Made by a program: the position numbers and the translations under genes. Shown one piece after another: positions 9,502-22,052 of a stretch of DNA of 64,000 nt (position 1 is its first letter; each line of letters opens with the position of its first letter). The notes under the pieces were generated by a model, which searched no databases, was not told where the DNA came from, and was given only the letters and a program-made list of their open reading frames with translations. This stretch comes from Macrostomum lignano (lineage: Eukaryota), in the NCBI GenBank assembly GCA_002269645.1, contig NIVC01000731.1, positions 395,048 to 459,047 on the forward strand. Reading direction: 5' to 3'.

Positions 9502-12500
9502 TCAGATGCATTTCGCTGCATATCTCCGCGGCGTTGAGCGCTGAGCTCCTGACGATCGTCGAGACTGCGTTCGACGCCGCAACAGAAACACAAGAGCCAC
9601 CACGATGAGGATGAGCACCATGACTCCGATGCTTACAATCAGCCAGACCCACCAGTTGACTCCGGCAGAGGTGAAAACTGTTCTGGCTTCACTGCTACTC
9701 CTGCACATGGTGACCCCCGGCGGGCAGATGCACTCGAATCCCAGGTTGACGCCCGTCGCCCGGCACGACCCGCCGCTCGGGCAGCTGATGTTGAACTTGC
9801 TGCACGGGTTCACGGCAACGCAGCTCTTGCCCGCGTCTCTCTCCTGTCCTGCTGGACACTCGCAGGTCGTCTTGCCCCAGAGTCTACGGCAGACTTCCGT
9901 TGACGGACAGTCGCAGGGAGGCGTCAGGTCCACACCGTCGGGACCGACTCTGGCATCGCTGGCCAGCACTGGCGTGATGAAGCCCCCTGTCGCCTCATTG
10001 ATAGACCGATCTGCAGCATCCGTAGTTGTAGACATGTACGTGCCGGAGACGCGGATGTTCCGCAGCCAGCCTGAGCGAATTCAGTGGAGAGGTGCTAATT
10101 GGTTCAATCAAGGTAGGAAACTGACACACTAGCACAGGCACTGACTTACTGTTGGCGATCTGGGCCGTCAAGTCCAAGTTCGAGAGGTCGGCCACGGTTC
10201 GGCCCAGGTCGTGCAGCCTGTCGACCCCGTCAACTCTCAGCTTGAGCACGGCTTGCCTGGTGGCGGCAAACACGGAGTGCCACTCGCCATCGTCGACTCT
10301 GATCGGCGGAAACGCGAAGCAGCTGGACGAGTCGATGCAGAGCTGCAGCAAGCCGTCCGAAATCTGGAGTCAGGGGAGGAAAATATTTGTATAAATTGAA
10401 GTTATGAGCTTCTTGGCTTCAGTTTAAAAAATTCAGCTCACATCCAAGCTCTGACTCAGAACGGTTGAACGTGCCGAATTCTTGATAACAGCATGCAGGA
10501 CGCCAGTCGATGCACTGACTCGAGTTCGCAGTTCCAACTCAATCGATACGGAGTTTTTATCGCTTAACTGTAGCGAATTGTTCGGGTTCTCGAACCAAGT
10601 GCTTGGATTGCTTGATGCGGTGCTGATTATCAGTGGATCTGCAATTTCAATCAGTTCACTGAAGTTCAAGTGGGGGTTGTAGCCAGTGGGGGTTGTAGCC
10701 AGTGGGGGTTGTAGCCAGTGGGGGTTGTAGCCAGTGGGGGTTGTGGCCAGTGGGGGTTGTAGCCAGTGGGGGTTGTGGCCAGTGGGGGTTGTAGCCAGTG
10801 GGGGTTGTAGCCAGTGGGGGTTGTGGCCAGTGGGGGTTGTGGCCAGTGGGGGTTGTAGCCAGTGGGGGTTGTAGCCAGTGGGGGTTGTGGCCAGTGGGGG
10901 TTGTAGCCAGTGGGGGTTGTAGCCAGTGGGGGTTGTGGCCAGTGGGGGGTTGTAGCCTAGTAGTTAGAGCGTCAGACTCACGACTTGAAGGTCGGGGGTT
11001 CGATCCCCGATCCCACTGGAACAATTTGTGTCCTTGAGCAAGACGCTTAACTCTGCATTGCTTCAGTTCACCCAGCTGTAAAATGGGTGCCAGCAATAGC
11101 TGGGGTAATTGAAGGCGTGTGGTGACCCCCCGTCCTTGGACTGAACAGCCGTACGCAGCCTTCAGATGCGCCGCGCAATAGCTGCTACTGAGCTGTCGGT
11201 TGCACATCTGGCCCAATTGGGGCAGGTGTAACCAATTATATTATTATTATTGTTTACTGAAGTTCAGCTTTGGGTTATCAAGCTATGTGTGAATTCCAAA
11301 CTCGTCTTACCTTGTGTGCACTCGTTGGACTGCCGATCTTTCCTGCACTTGGCACTGGAGCCGACCGTCTCAAGCTTCTTTCGCTTCGATCCCAGGCACT
11401 GGCAGTTGCAGTCCATCGGAGCTCCTTTGCTTTTAGTCACGATCCCATAGCAGACCGACTGCGCTCCGCACACGAATGTGCCGGAGCCGCCGCAGCTGCC
11501 GCTTTGAAACTTGCAGTCGTCTTCCACTTTGGAGTCCCCGGTTGTCACGGCCCTGCTGGCCTTCGCGTCCACCAAATAGCCGTTCACGGTGACTGATTGC
11601 ACGCAGCCAGTGAGCGCCTGGCCGATCTCAAGCCAGAGGTTGGTAAAGTCCGAGACCGAACCACCAGAATTGACGCTCTTGGTCTGGCACTCGAGCGGAA
11701 TTGGATTGCTTGAGACGCCTGCGAGCTTCTTTGGGCACAGAACTGCTCGAGTCTGCAATTGGTTGCCAAGTTGGTTCAGCTCTGGTTGATAAGCAAGCGC
11801 ATGCGAGATTTATCCCAGAAACTCTCACCAGATTTGGAGTCATGAGAATGTGAAAAGTGAACCAGTTCCCTTGGTTAAGGCCTGCAGATGATACATCAAA
11901 GCTTTTTCCAAGAAGCAGACTTCCGGCCACTCTGAGTGTTGTAGTCCGGAAGATCAGCGATGCACTGAGCATTGAACTGCCTGGATTGTTGGGACTCTTC
12001 AGCGCCAGCGTCTCGTGGCCTGCTTTTTCGATTGATCCGGACAGCTCAAATGAGATTTCCAGAGACAGAGCCGAGTGCGGCAGGCCGCCAATCCAGTGGC
12101 GAGTGAAGGCCAGACCGGATGACCCGTGGCTGTAGCTTCTGACCGGGTACTCGCATCGAGGACCCCACGGGGTGTTCGGCGCTAACGGACAGATGCACCT
12201 GCAGATTGGCAGAACTTTTTTAATCAGGCTTTACTAACAGATGCAACTAGCAATCTAGTGCTTCTAATGGGGTTCTATTAGCAAGAAACGAAAAATATTT
12301 ATGAGAACCTCTTAAAACGAAAGCATTTCTCTTAAAAGCATTCCTATTTCAGTTTAATAAATCACTTTGTTCGAGTAAATTTGTTCAAAAAATTGAATAA
12401 TTTTTTTGAATAAACTAAATGTATGTTCTGACCTTTCAGTCTTGATACGCTCGTCTCTGCATTTTTCCCAGTAAGCCTTGACATCTCAGCAATTCCCCCA

Positions 12501-15171
12501 GTAAGCCTTGACATCTCAGCAATTCCCCCAGTAAGCCTTGACATCTCAGCAATTCCCCCAGTAAGCCTTGACATCTCAGCAATTCCCCCAGTAAGCCTTG
12601 ACATCTCAGCAATTCCCCAGTAAGCCTTGACATCTCAGCAATTCCCCCAGTAAGCCTTGACATCTCAGCAATTCCCCCAGTAAGCCTTGACATCTCAGCA
12701 ATTCCCCCAGTAAGCCTTGACATCTCAGCAATTCCCCCAGTAAGCCTTGACATCTCAGCAATCCCCCAGCAAGCCTTGACATCTCAGCAATTCCCCCAGT
12801 AAGCCTTGACATCTCAGCAATCCCCCAGCAAGCCTTGACATCTCAGCAATCCCCCAGCAAGCCTTGACAAAGATACTGTCCTAAAATGAAAACGGAATTT
12901 TGTAACCTTCGAACTGTCAGGCACGCTTGTTTAAATTGTCAGGACAAGGCTGACAAGGACAAGGACAAGGTTGTCAAGGCTGTGGTTTAAGCCTACATAT
13001 CAGAGACAGCAATGAGAAGGGATATACGCTATCAACTTGGAAAGCTTATCGGCACCTGCGTCAATATTCCGGCATAATGTTTTCGAGACTTCTCTTTCAA
13101 AAGCTGAAAAATAACATTCGTGCAGAAAATCTAAGAAAGCGGGCAGAACAGTCTTTAGCCACGCCTGTGCTTGAGAGCCACCTGAATTCACCTGAACCCG
13201 AAGCCAGTGAAGTTGGCATCGCAGACTCCGCCGTTCAGGCAGGTGGCCGGTCCGCACGGCTCTGCGCTCATCTGCTCGGCTGTCTGAGCCGTCCAGCTCA
13301 GCCCGAATCCCACGAAGTTCGAGTCGCTGTTGAGCTGCACCACAGCCGGATGCACCGATGGAAGCGAGCTGCTCGAAAAGCGCAGGCGACTGCGGCACAG
13401 CTGAGCGGACTCAGCGGAACACCGGTCCGGCATCACCTGGACTCCGCTACTCGCTTCAGTTTCGGTCTTCACCAGCTCGTACGCCTCCCAGAGGGCCAAG
13501 TAGGAGCTGGTGCCGGCCTTCGGTATGAGCAGGGACACCTCTGAGGTGTCGGCGGCCGGCTGCAGCTGAGAGACGAGGCGGGCCGACAGCCGACTCTTGA
13601 GTCTGGCCACCAGACTGTTGATGGGGTCTCGAGAACCTGTTTAATAATAGGCAAGCAGTGCGGGTGTTGATAACTGAGTTTGAAAATGAGCATTAGCTAT
13701 TTATACTGGCAGCTCCATACCAGCAATGAAGATGGCGCTGTCAATGACGCTCAGTGGCAGGCTGGAGACTCGCAAATTCAACTGGTGAGATACAGTTCCA
13801 GCTTTCACCTGCACCACGTGTACGCCATTCTTTAGGTCGGGAGGCCTGAGCACGAGTCTGTTGGGTGTGGAGCTCTTGTCAACGGTGAACTTGGTCGCAA
13901 CGTCGCCTGCGCCGATCACTCTGTCCATCCTGTCTACGCCCGATATTCTCAGGTAGGCGGCGCCGTACTTTCTGAAGTTGGCATCTGCGCGTTGACGGAG
14001 AGGGAGCGCAACGTTTTGATTTGTTTTAGCTGGTCGCACGGTTGCACAAAAAGTAATTAAGGGTGGGATGTGGGCACCCTGGATCAATGCTTCCGGTAAA
14101 ATCGTCCCACAACCAGCGGCGGGGCGATTCTTCCCATTGCACTGACTCCTGGGCACGCGCTGTACTGTCCCAAGTGGATCAGGCGAGGGGAGAGGGGGGA
14201 CATGCCAATGCTTTGTCCCCCCACCCGACCTCCTGACCCGTTGTGATAATCAACACTTTTTCTTCAGGGTGCAAAATATAGCGCCAAAAATAATGCCTGC
14301 GGAGCTAAAGGGAATGCCTGCGGCGCAAAAATGAGTACCTGCGGCGCCTAAATGAGTGCCTGCGGCGCAAAAATGAGTACCTGCGGCGCCTAAATGAGTG
14401 CCTGCGGCGCAAAAATGAGTACCTGCGGCGCCTAAATGAGTGCCTGCGGCGCAAAAATGAGTACCTGCGGCGCCTAAATGAGTGCCTGCGGCGCAAAAAT
14501 GAGTACCTGCGGCGCCTAAATGAGTGCCTGCGGCGCCTTAATGAGTGCCTGCGGCGCAAAAATGAGTGCCTGCGGCGCAAAAATGAGTACCTGCGGCGCC
14601 TTAATGAGTGCCTGCGGCGCAAAAATGAGTGCCTGCGGCGCCTAAATGAGTGCCTGCGGAGCTAAAAGGAGTGCCTGCGGTGCCTAAATGAGTGCCTGCG
14701 GCGCCAAATGACTTCTTGCGGCGCCAAATGACTTCTTGCGGCGCCAAAACAAGTGCCTGCGGCGCTAAAAGGAATGTCTGTGGCGCCAAAATGAGCGCTG
14801 ACCACACCGATTCTCAAAAGACGAGTAATGGACATGTAGGAATTTGGTCATGCATATGTACATGTTGAATTCTTGGCTTCGTCCCCCCCACCATAAAATC
14901 CATGGCGACGCCCCTGATGTGGATACTGCACGCAGGCGCGCTCTCAAAGACACGCTTCCACAGGGTGTACAGCAGACCTCACTTCTTAATCGTCAGGCGT
15001 GTGCACTCTCTGCGTGTGCACTCTCTGGATTGGCCCTCAAAGATGTGTACGTTCAACAGGAGGCTGGCACTCACCATCTGGTAGCAAGACTTCAACTTCA
15101 GCTTTGTCGCAGTAGGCACTGGCGAGCACCGCCAGCAGGATGGCTGCAACTGCAGGTCCGTACCGGAGCAT
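9502..15171 (-). CDS. Cadherin-derived EGF/LamG single-pass membrane protein, paralog B, 865 aa, 8 exons
   Basis: Exons 15075-15171, 13721-13984, 13192-13636, 11829-12198, 11311-11752, 10442-10638, 10150-10363, 9502-10070 (2598 nt, all GT-AG, phases consistent). Signal peptide; EC-like domain; NC-like domain; EGF (CGPATCLNGGVC...CICP...CE); LamG (GCVQSVTVNG); Cys-rich/EGF; LamG (RVDDGEWHSV); 2 EGF; TM (WWVWLIVSIGVMVLILIVVALVFLL); short tail. AATAAA on the minus strand at 9442-9447. Confidence 0.85.
10669..10945 (+). repeat. 16-bp G-rich minisatellite derived from the SINE 5' end
   Basis: Unit AGTGGGGGTTG(T)(A/G)GCC, ~17 copies, running directly into the SINE head. Confidence 0.95.
10946..11251 (+). 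mobile_element. SINE family 1, copy c (most complete), antisense in a cadherin-like intron
   Basis: GGGGTTGTAGCCTAGTAGTTAGAGCG...GGTTCGATCCCC head, CORE-like body, 3' segment and (TTA)n tail. Confidence 0.87.
12466..12869 (+). repeat. 30-bp minisatellite in cadherin-like intron 3
   Basis: Unit CCAGTAAGCCTTGACATCTCAGCAATTCCC, ~13 copies. Confidence 0.95.
14295..14790 (+). repeat. 21-bp minisatellite (42-bp dimer) in cadherin-like intron 1
   Basis: Alternating GCCTGCGGCGCAAAAATGAGT and ACCTGCGGCGCCTAAATGAGT units. Confidence 0.93.
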
Positions 15172-15695
15172 GGCTGAGTCAGACTGGGCTTCGACCTCGG
15201 ATGCTCTGCTCTCAGCTTGAATCAGCAGAGCAGCTCTCGGTCGGCTGGGCAGTTCATTTTAAGGTTGCGACTCGCGCGGCCCGGCAGTGACAGGCGCGCA
15301 ATTTTGCGCATAATTTGCTAGCAACGCCTGCGGCCCGGCTGAAGCTGGCAAACCCTCGGTAACCCGGTTAAGCTGTCTCTATTAATATTCAATTTGTTTG
15401 CAATTACGCAGCACATTAAGAAACGTAATTTTATCAGATATTTTCTCAAATTAGCATTTCCACAATGCCTTACGCTTGTAACCGCACCTGCTCAGACCCC
15501 ACAGGTAAATCATTGCGAAGTTCTTCTACGAGCGTATGTGCGTATTTTTAACAGAAAGGGATCGAAGTTTTATCCCCATTGCGTTGAAAAGTCGCATTAA
15601 TTTTGTCTGTAGGACCGAGAGTTACGCGCGATTTCACGTCTGCTGTTGCTGGCGACGAGCTACGAGAGTAACTGCAACTACCTGTCTGTACCAAT

Positions 15696-16100
15696 TTGGT
15701 GAAGCTAATTGGTCACACAATTCACATGGGCCCTGAGCCCCTGGTCCCTGCCCCTTCTACGTTCATCGATCGTCAGATCGATGACTGGGCTGATTCCCTT
15801 CACAGGGACAGATGGGCGGGCACCCAGGACTGCCGGCGATTCCGGTCCGCGGTTCCGAGCCCTTCCCGCAGGTTCAGAAACATCCTTCTCACTCAAAATC
15901 AGAAGGATATCCGCGCCCTTGTCATGACACTTACCGGTCACGGCTACCTCACCAGGCTCTGCTTCCTCCGAGAGTGAACTTTACCCTTTTTGAGAATTCC
16001 CTTTCTTCACCAAAGACCGGTACGATACCTCGTACGATACCCGTCTTTTGACGAGGTCTGCCAGCCCAGCCCGAAAGCATCCCACGGCTCATCCAGTTCC
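15696..16100 (+). mobile_element. Degenerate 3' fragment of a non-LTR retrotransposon ORF2 (LOA/R1-like, post-RNase H region)
   Basis: ORF 15696-15977 reads GPEP...IDDWADSLHRDRW...DIRALVMTLTGHG, matching from memory the GPEP..W..W...LTGH pattern of LOA-clade elements; it breaks at a stop and frameshift. Confidence 0.65.
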
Positions 16101-16204
16101 TCCGGGAGACAAGACAAGCCATGCACTTTCTTCCCCACGGAAGATCACGCTGCAGGACGGACCGGCGGACCAACCCTGACCGGCTCCACGCCTCTCCCTG
16201 CCTG

Positions 16205-16515
16205 CGGTCTGAAGGGCTGGCCGCATCCTGGGGAATTCCCATTTCCCATCCAGCGGGTTTAAAGGGCTGGCCACATCCTGGGAAATTCCTACCCAGTGGG
16301 TCTGAAGGGCTGGCCGCATCCTGGGGAATTCCCATTTCCCACCCAGCGGTTCTGAAGGGCTGGCCGCATCCTGGGGAATTCCCACCCAGCGGTTCTGAAG
16401 GGCTGGCCGCATCCTGGGGAATTCCCACCAGCGGATCTGAATGGCTGGCCGCATCCTGGGGAATTCCCACCCAGCGGGTCTGAAGGGCTGGCCGCATCCT
16501 GGGGAATTCCCATCC
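16205..16515 (+). repeat. ~43-bp minisatellite containing the palindrome GGGAATTCCC
   Basis: Unit TCTGAAGGGCTGGCCGCATCCTGGGGAATTCCCACCCAGCGG(T), ~7 copies. Confidence 0.92.
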
Positions 16516-16808
16516 CTCTTGCAAGACACGATGTGAATTCGAGCATGTGTACTGGTTGTTGTCGGTTTGAGGGGCTGAGCAGGAACTGAAAGAGGCTTCA
16601 TTTTTCAGTTTAAATGGCTCACTTGAGTCTAAACCTATGTCGGCTATCTGGATAAGGGTCTGCTTCACACGTCACTATTGATAGTAGTATCAACAGCAGT
16701 TTAAACGTTTTGGTTTCCCTTTTTCGTACCTAGTGATTTTCGTTGCATACTACTGTGACATGATCATGAGTAAAGTGCAAGTTGATTTTTTCTACACGTA
16801 TTTATGTG

Positions 16809-17874
16809 TTAAAACGCCGAGATGAACCTGACATTCGACCCGGCCAGTTCCAGTTCTCCTATGCTTGCTAGCTGAGAAAGTCAACACAGACCGCTCTGTT
16901 TGTCCTCGACAAACTGTGGTGCAGACAGCCCTCCGCTTGTCTAATCTTCATGCTGAGCTGTCTATGACAGAAAAGCTCTCAAAACAAAAAAGACTGCTAG
17001 CAACCCGCAGTTAACTCAATCACTGAAGTGCGGGACTGTATTTTCCTGATGGCTCTTGGGGCTCGCATCTGTGAGGCGCAGGCGGGAGTCTTCCGAAATC
17101 ACACGGCGTCATGCAAATAACATGCGAAAATTAATTAAAAAGCAATTTAGGAAACTGGACCAAAAGTTTACTGGGCATGGAGAAACGAGAGCATCGATTC
17201 GATTGACAAAGTATACGACGTAAATCCGAGGCTGTTTCTCCTGGGGTACTGCACAGACAACGATTAGATATCGAAAATTCGAAAGAGGCGCAGACACACT
17301 GGGCTCGAGGCCGATGTCGAGCTGAGTGAAGTTAAGCAAAGCGAGTTCCATGGGGATTCGATCAGGTTCTCAGGGAGAATTTGCGCAAATTCGAGCCAGT
17401 CAATCAATATTCGCTGATTAAGAAAATTGACATTTAAGCCGCAGTCTTTCCACTACAAAGCAAATTAATTACAGAGTGCGCATCGGCCTGAGGAAAGGGG
17501 GAGTCGCGTCGGCAGCTTCAGGTGCGCACCTGCACGGTGACACCGCTGAGGGTGTTCCACAGCTGCAGCACTTTGCCCCTGGAGGCGCTGGCGCTCTTCG
17601 CCTGCCTGCGATCGTACAGCGACGGCAGCGGCGGAGCCACGAAGTAGGTCGTCGGCCGGCTGCTAGTGTAGCTGAAGGGCGGCCGGTGCTGGCTGGGGTA
17701 CGGCAGCAGCAGGTTCGGCGCCGTGCGGGCGCGCCGCAGCTGGGCCTCCTCGCGCTGCCGGTCCTGCTGCTCCAGTCGCTGCCGGCGCATCCGCATCTCC
17801 TCGCGCATGTAGAAGCCGTAGATCTGGTTGGAGGTGTGCGGCTTCTCGCTCAGCCAGTTGTTGTAGTAGTCCAT
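16809..17874 (-). CDS. Hypothetical orphan protein (~185 aa); first exon well supported, downstream exons tentative
   Basis: Exon 17530-17874 has strong GC3 coding bias (MDYYNNWLSEKPHTSNQIYGFYMREEMRMRRQRLEQQ...) and ends in CAG|GTGCGC. Phase-0-compatible candidate exons at 17172-17321 and 16809-16871. Confidence 0.55.
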
Positions 17875-20633
17875 CCTGGTGCTGCTCTCTGTCTGCTGTC
17901 TCCGTGTTGCTTATCCGGTTATCTGCCTCAGGTTGGCTCTCTGCCTCGGCTTGCGCCTGCTTAAAATACCTGCCCCCCCCCCTTGCCTTCCACCTTGCGT
18001 TACCCTTGGATACCGCGTTGTGGGTTGGGGGGCTGGGGTGGAAAACTGTGTGCGTGCGCGTCTGTCTCTCTCTCCCTCGGCATTGAGGCGGAGTCAGAGG
18101 CTTGAAAGTGGAGGTTGGGGCGGCTGCTGGCGCAAGCAGAGCGCGTGCATTCGGGTGGCGGAGAGCCCAGCGCCAGCGCCTGAGAAAGCCTGCTGGGCTT
18201 TGTGGGCGAGAGATGGGGCTGCAGGTCGGGCAATGGCAGACTCAGGATCGCGGTGGGGACGAGTTGGGATCGGAAGCGAGCTGGGATCGCGTTGCTATGG
18301 GTGAGGGACTGAGGACTGGGTGATTTCTTACTCTTGAAACGGTGTAAATTCTCTCTAATCACTGCATATAGTGGAGATTGTCAAAACTGAAACCCAAGCA
18401 GAAGCTTTCATGCGAAGTAAATAATGAATCAGTTGTCAAGAATTACTGTGAATTGAAGATCCATATGTACAGTAAGATTTTATGAAAAACATTTTTATCG
18501 CTCTTTTGTTAAACGAGCGCAACTCGGGCTGCTTAAGCACTCATAAAGCTGTGTCAGGCGGCTCTCTCACTCGCACTTCTAATCTCGCACAGAAGCGCAG
18601 GCCAAAGTTTACCCGATGACAGATAGTGGGGGCTGAGGCCACTTCGCAGCGCGCCATATGAATTAGAAGTGGATGGAATTATGCTCGAATGCAGGGAGGC
18701 CCCTTCTAGTTTCTGGCCTTCATACACAAGCTTTGGTCCAAATATAGGCGAGTTTTTTTTTTAAAAACACAGGACTCCAGCTATGTGAAAATTTGATAAG
18801 AGAACTCAATATGACTCTCCTGGGCCAAGGTGCTCGTAAAATAAATTTATGAATACCAAAGCACTGCAGTTTCACTGTTTCAGCAATTAATTGCCTAAGG
18901 CACTTTCTCCATTCCTGTCTGACAGCTTCATAATATGTTTATAGTAATCTCATAAAGACTGAATTAAGCTGCAGGCACGATTCCCAAATACTATAAAAAT
19001 ATAAAGAGTAGAATTTGGGAAGCCATCTGGTTCTATCTATATAATCTACAAGTTAACATGTGGATAAACTTGCAGTAAGGATCTAGAGTTAAAAGACCAG
19101 AAGTCATAAAGAGACATAAAGAGAAAACGTGCACCTTGGGCTGTTCAAATAATGCAGCGCAAATTAGTACGCCAGGATCCATATACATATGATATAGTGT
19201 CGATGAAAAGTGCTTGCAATTGTCCAAGCTAACTAGTACTCATTGAATGATTCAATTTGACTTTAAATTCAACTAAAGATTCTAGTTTTCATTGAGGCGG
19301 TCAATTCTAAGTTGCTTGAATGCATCTAAAAAATTTCTGGCGCTACTGAATCCACCTCATACGCAACTCACCGTGGATGTTTACTCAGACAAGCAAAGCA
19401 ATAGGCATAGAGATATTTAAAATTTATAAATATACAAGTAATCAGAAAACACAAAGGTACATTTTTGTCATACTTAACTTTTAACTTGTTTTACTGAGGG
19501 TTATATGAACTAGTATTGTTTGGGCAAAAATCAAATACCGCCTTTTACCAGAATTTCAGTCGACGACACTGATTGATTGATCACCTGACTGACTTCCAAA
19601 TTTGCTTCATGCAGCAAATCAAAGACGAAAAATAAATGATATGCTCTTTCTGAAAGATGTTTTACTTTCCATTCAAGATTCCCTCAAGGGACTGACCATT
19701 GAAAGAAGATGAATTGTTGTTAGACACTTGAAATTTACATTTACTTCATTCGTTCTTTTAAATATGGTCACTGGAACAATAACAACTGCTAAAATTATTT
19801 AGAGTAATTTTTGTGATACTGACCCTGTCAATCTGTCATATAGTGATAGTACCCCTGCCTGCCACATATTGTACAGGCTCGTCCTTACCTGCTTATTTTA
19901 CTTAGAATTAAGCTTAGTAGTAGGATAGTAGTAGGCCTAGTTAGTAGTTAACAATCACAGGCAGGCACAAAAGATGAATAGTGAATTCAAAAGTTTTTTT
20001 CTAGTATTAGTGCGAATAAGTGCTTTGAATTGTTTGTAATACAAATTTGCAATTTAAGTTTATCTGCTTAGCAAATAATTATAGCTAGTTACGATAAAAG
20101 AATGTATGAATAGACTGAATAGTATGAGCGAAGCGAACGAACGAGATCGAACGATCGAGCTACTTTGCACAGCGAAAAATCATTGAGTTTTCTATTCAAA
20201 CTTTTTACCCTAACCATAAAATGAGGACATTTTTTATTACTAAAAGCTTAAATTTTGTCTTGAGCTACTTTTACAGACTTCTGAAATTTGAAATCTAAAA
20301 ATTACAATTTGCTTTGTTGTAACTGGATTGCGTAACCAGACTTCAAATCGGAAAATAATTTTATAGAGGTTATGCTTATGTATGCTTATGTCATATTCTA
20401 TTGCATTATTAAATGCATAAATGTAGCATCATTTGGTGGAGCAAAGAATAACTTAATTAGAAATAATTAGAGAACAAGATTCCCTTTTTAGGTCTAGAAA
20501 GAAATAATATTATTGTACTTTGCGCTTTTTTGTGCTCTGGCAGTCCCAAAAATACGTCCCAATCCCAATTTTAGCCTGCTTACGCCTTACTATAGGTTTC
20601 TCATAGGTTTATAATAGCGCATTTGACGTATGG

Positions 20634-20720
20634 TTACTCTTGGCCTAGTGGTTATATCTCTTGACCTAGTGGTTAGGGCGCCTACTTTGCTTTTGGTAGG
20701 TCTCTGGTTCGAGTCCATTT
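20634..20720 (+). other. tRNA-like pseudo-sequence with duplicated A-box
   Basis: CTCTTGGCCTAGTGGTTA and CTCTTGACCTAGTGGTTA in tandem, a CCTAC/GTAGG stem, then B-box GGTTCGAGTCC; no complete cloverleaf. Confidence 0.5.
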
Positions 20721-21109
20721 TAAGGAATAATTTTTTCTTGAAAATTTTCTCGACATTTTATATTTAAAATTTGCTAGTGTGTCTAAAAAGTGCAGTCCCA
20801 TTTTTATACTTTCCAAAGTCTTGTATCGACCAATGATTAACATTGTTATTAATTTTTTATTACAATACAATAATCAATAACAATATAAATTTTATTAAAT
20901 GTATTGTATTGTATTAGAAATACAAAGTACTTTTTATTACGGTTTATGCTTTATTTCATAATTAGCCAAGCGGAATACAATTATTCACCATTTTTTGCTC
21001 ATGCCTTTAGTCCTTCCTCAGCAATCGGTATTTTTGTACACAGTACACTGAATTTGCCATATTCATTATGCTCTACCTAGTACGGAGTAGCGCACGGGGC
21101 AATAAAAAA

Positions 21110-21245
21110 TCGCAAGTCCACGGCCACTACGGCTAGCCGGACGTGGGTCCACGGTGGATCCACCGGCTAAGCCGAGAATTTTTGACTAGTGGCTAGCCGT
21201 GGCTGCGAGCTGGTCTGGCCGTGCGCTCGGGGCTTAGACCCCTGT
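21110..21245. mobile_element. Possible single hAT-like transposon end
   Basis: Cluster of inverted GGCTAGCC/CCACGG motifs ending in ...CTTAGACCCCTG (CAGGGGTC on the minus strand); no partner end found. Confidence 0.3.
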
Positions 21246-21388
21246 TTAGAGCCTTTGCAATCTGGCACCCTGTGTTGACTCCTTTACTCCGCCGCCACCC
21301 TTGCGAGCCCGTGTAGGCTTGTAGAATCTTGCCGCCTTTACTTGTTTACTTGCCTTCTCTCTCTCCGCCTCGCTTCGCCACGGCCTTA

Positions 21389-22052
21389 GGCGGTTGACGG
21401 TCATTTCGTCTGCCGCCAGTTCGTCTGCCACCCTTTCGTCTGCAAGAATACGATACAGTCGTTTCGTCTGCCAACGAATAGTAAAGTTTTAATAAGTGTA
21501 AATATGTCAGTTGTTGTCATTAATTTGAGATTTGAGATATTTAAGATAACAGTGATTAAGATATCAGGATCATTTCTTAGGAGTAATGACTTAAACGAGT
21601 AATTTCTGAATATTTTTGTTTATATTTATTAAACTACGCAATTGAACGAATTCAATGCATTTTCGTCATGATATGGCAGACGCCATACTATCTCTTAACC
21701 GTTTCAAAGCTTCAAAGCTCAAAAGCAATTAGTCGAGTTGGAATTATTTTACTTATTATAAGTAAGTTACACGCGCACAAATTATAAATCTTATTCACAG
21801 CTCACTACGTAGATTCAATTAAAGCTTATATACGAATAATTGTATTTCTTGGAAACATTGCGATAAGCAAAATAAAAAATACAAAGACTACATCTAATTC
21901 TAAATCTGAAAATTACTAGTAAATTATAAGTATTAAAAATAAACTATAAATTAATTTCAGCCATTTATAAAACTTATTTTGCTACTTATTTTAAAAAGTC
22001 GTTTCGTCTGCCGGCAGACGAAAAGGCGGCAGACGAAATGACCGCGCACCCC
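21389..22052. mobile_element. 664-bp MITE with TTA target-site duplication (PIF/Harbinger-like)
   Basis: Inverted CGGTCATTTCGTCTGCCGCC / GGCGGCAGACGAAATGACCG near GG...CC ends; TTA at 21386-21388 and 22053-22055; repeated TTCGTCTGCC subterminal motifs. Confidence 0.75.
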
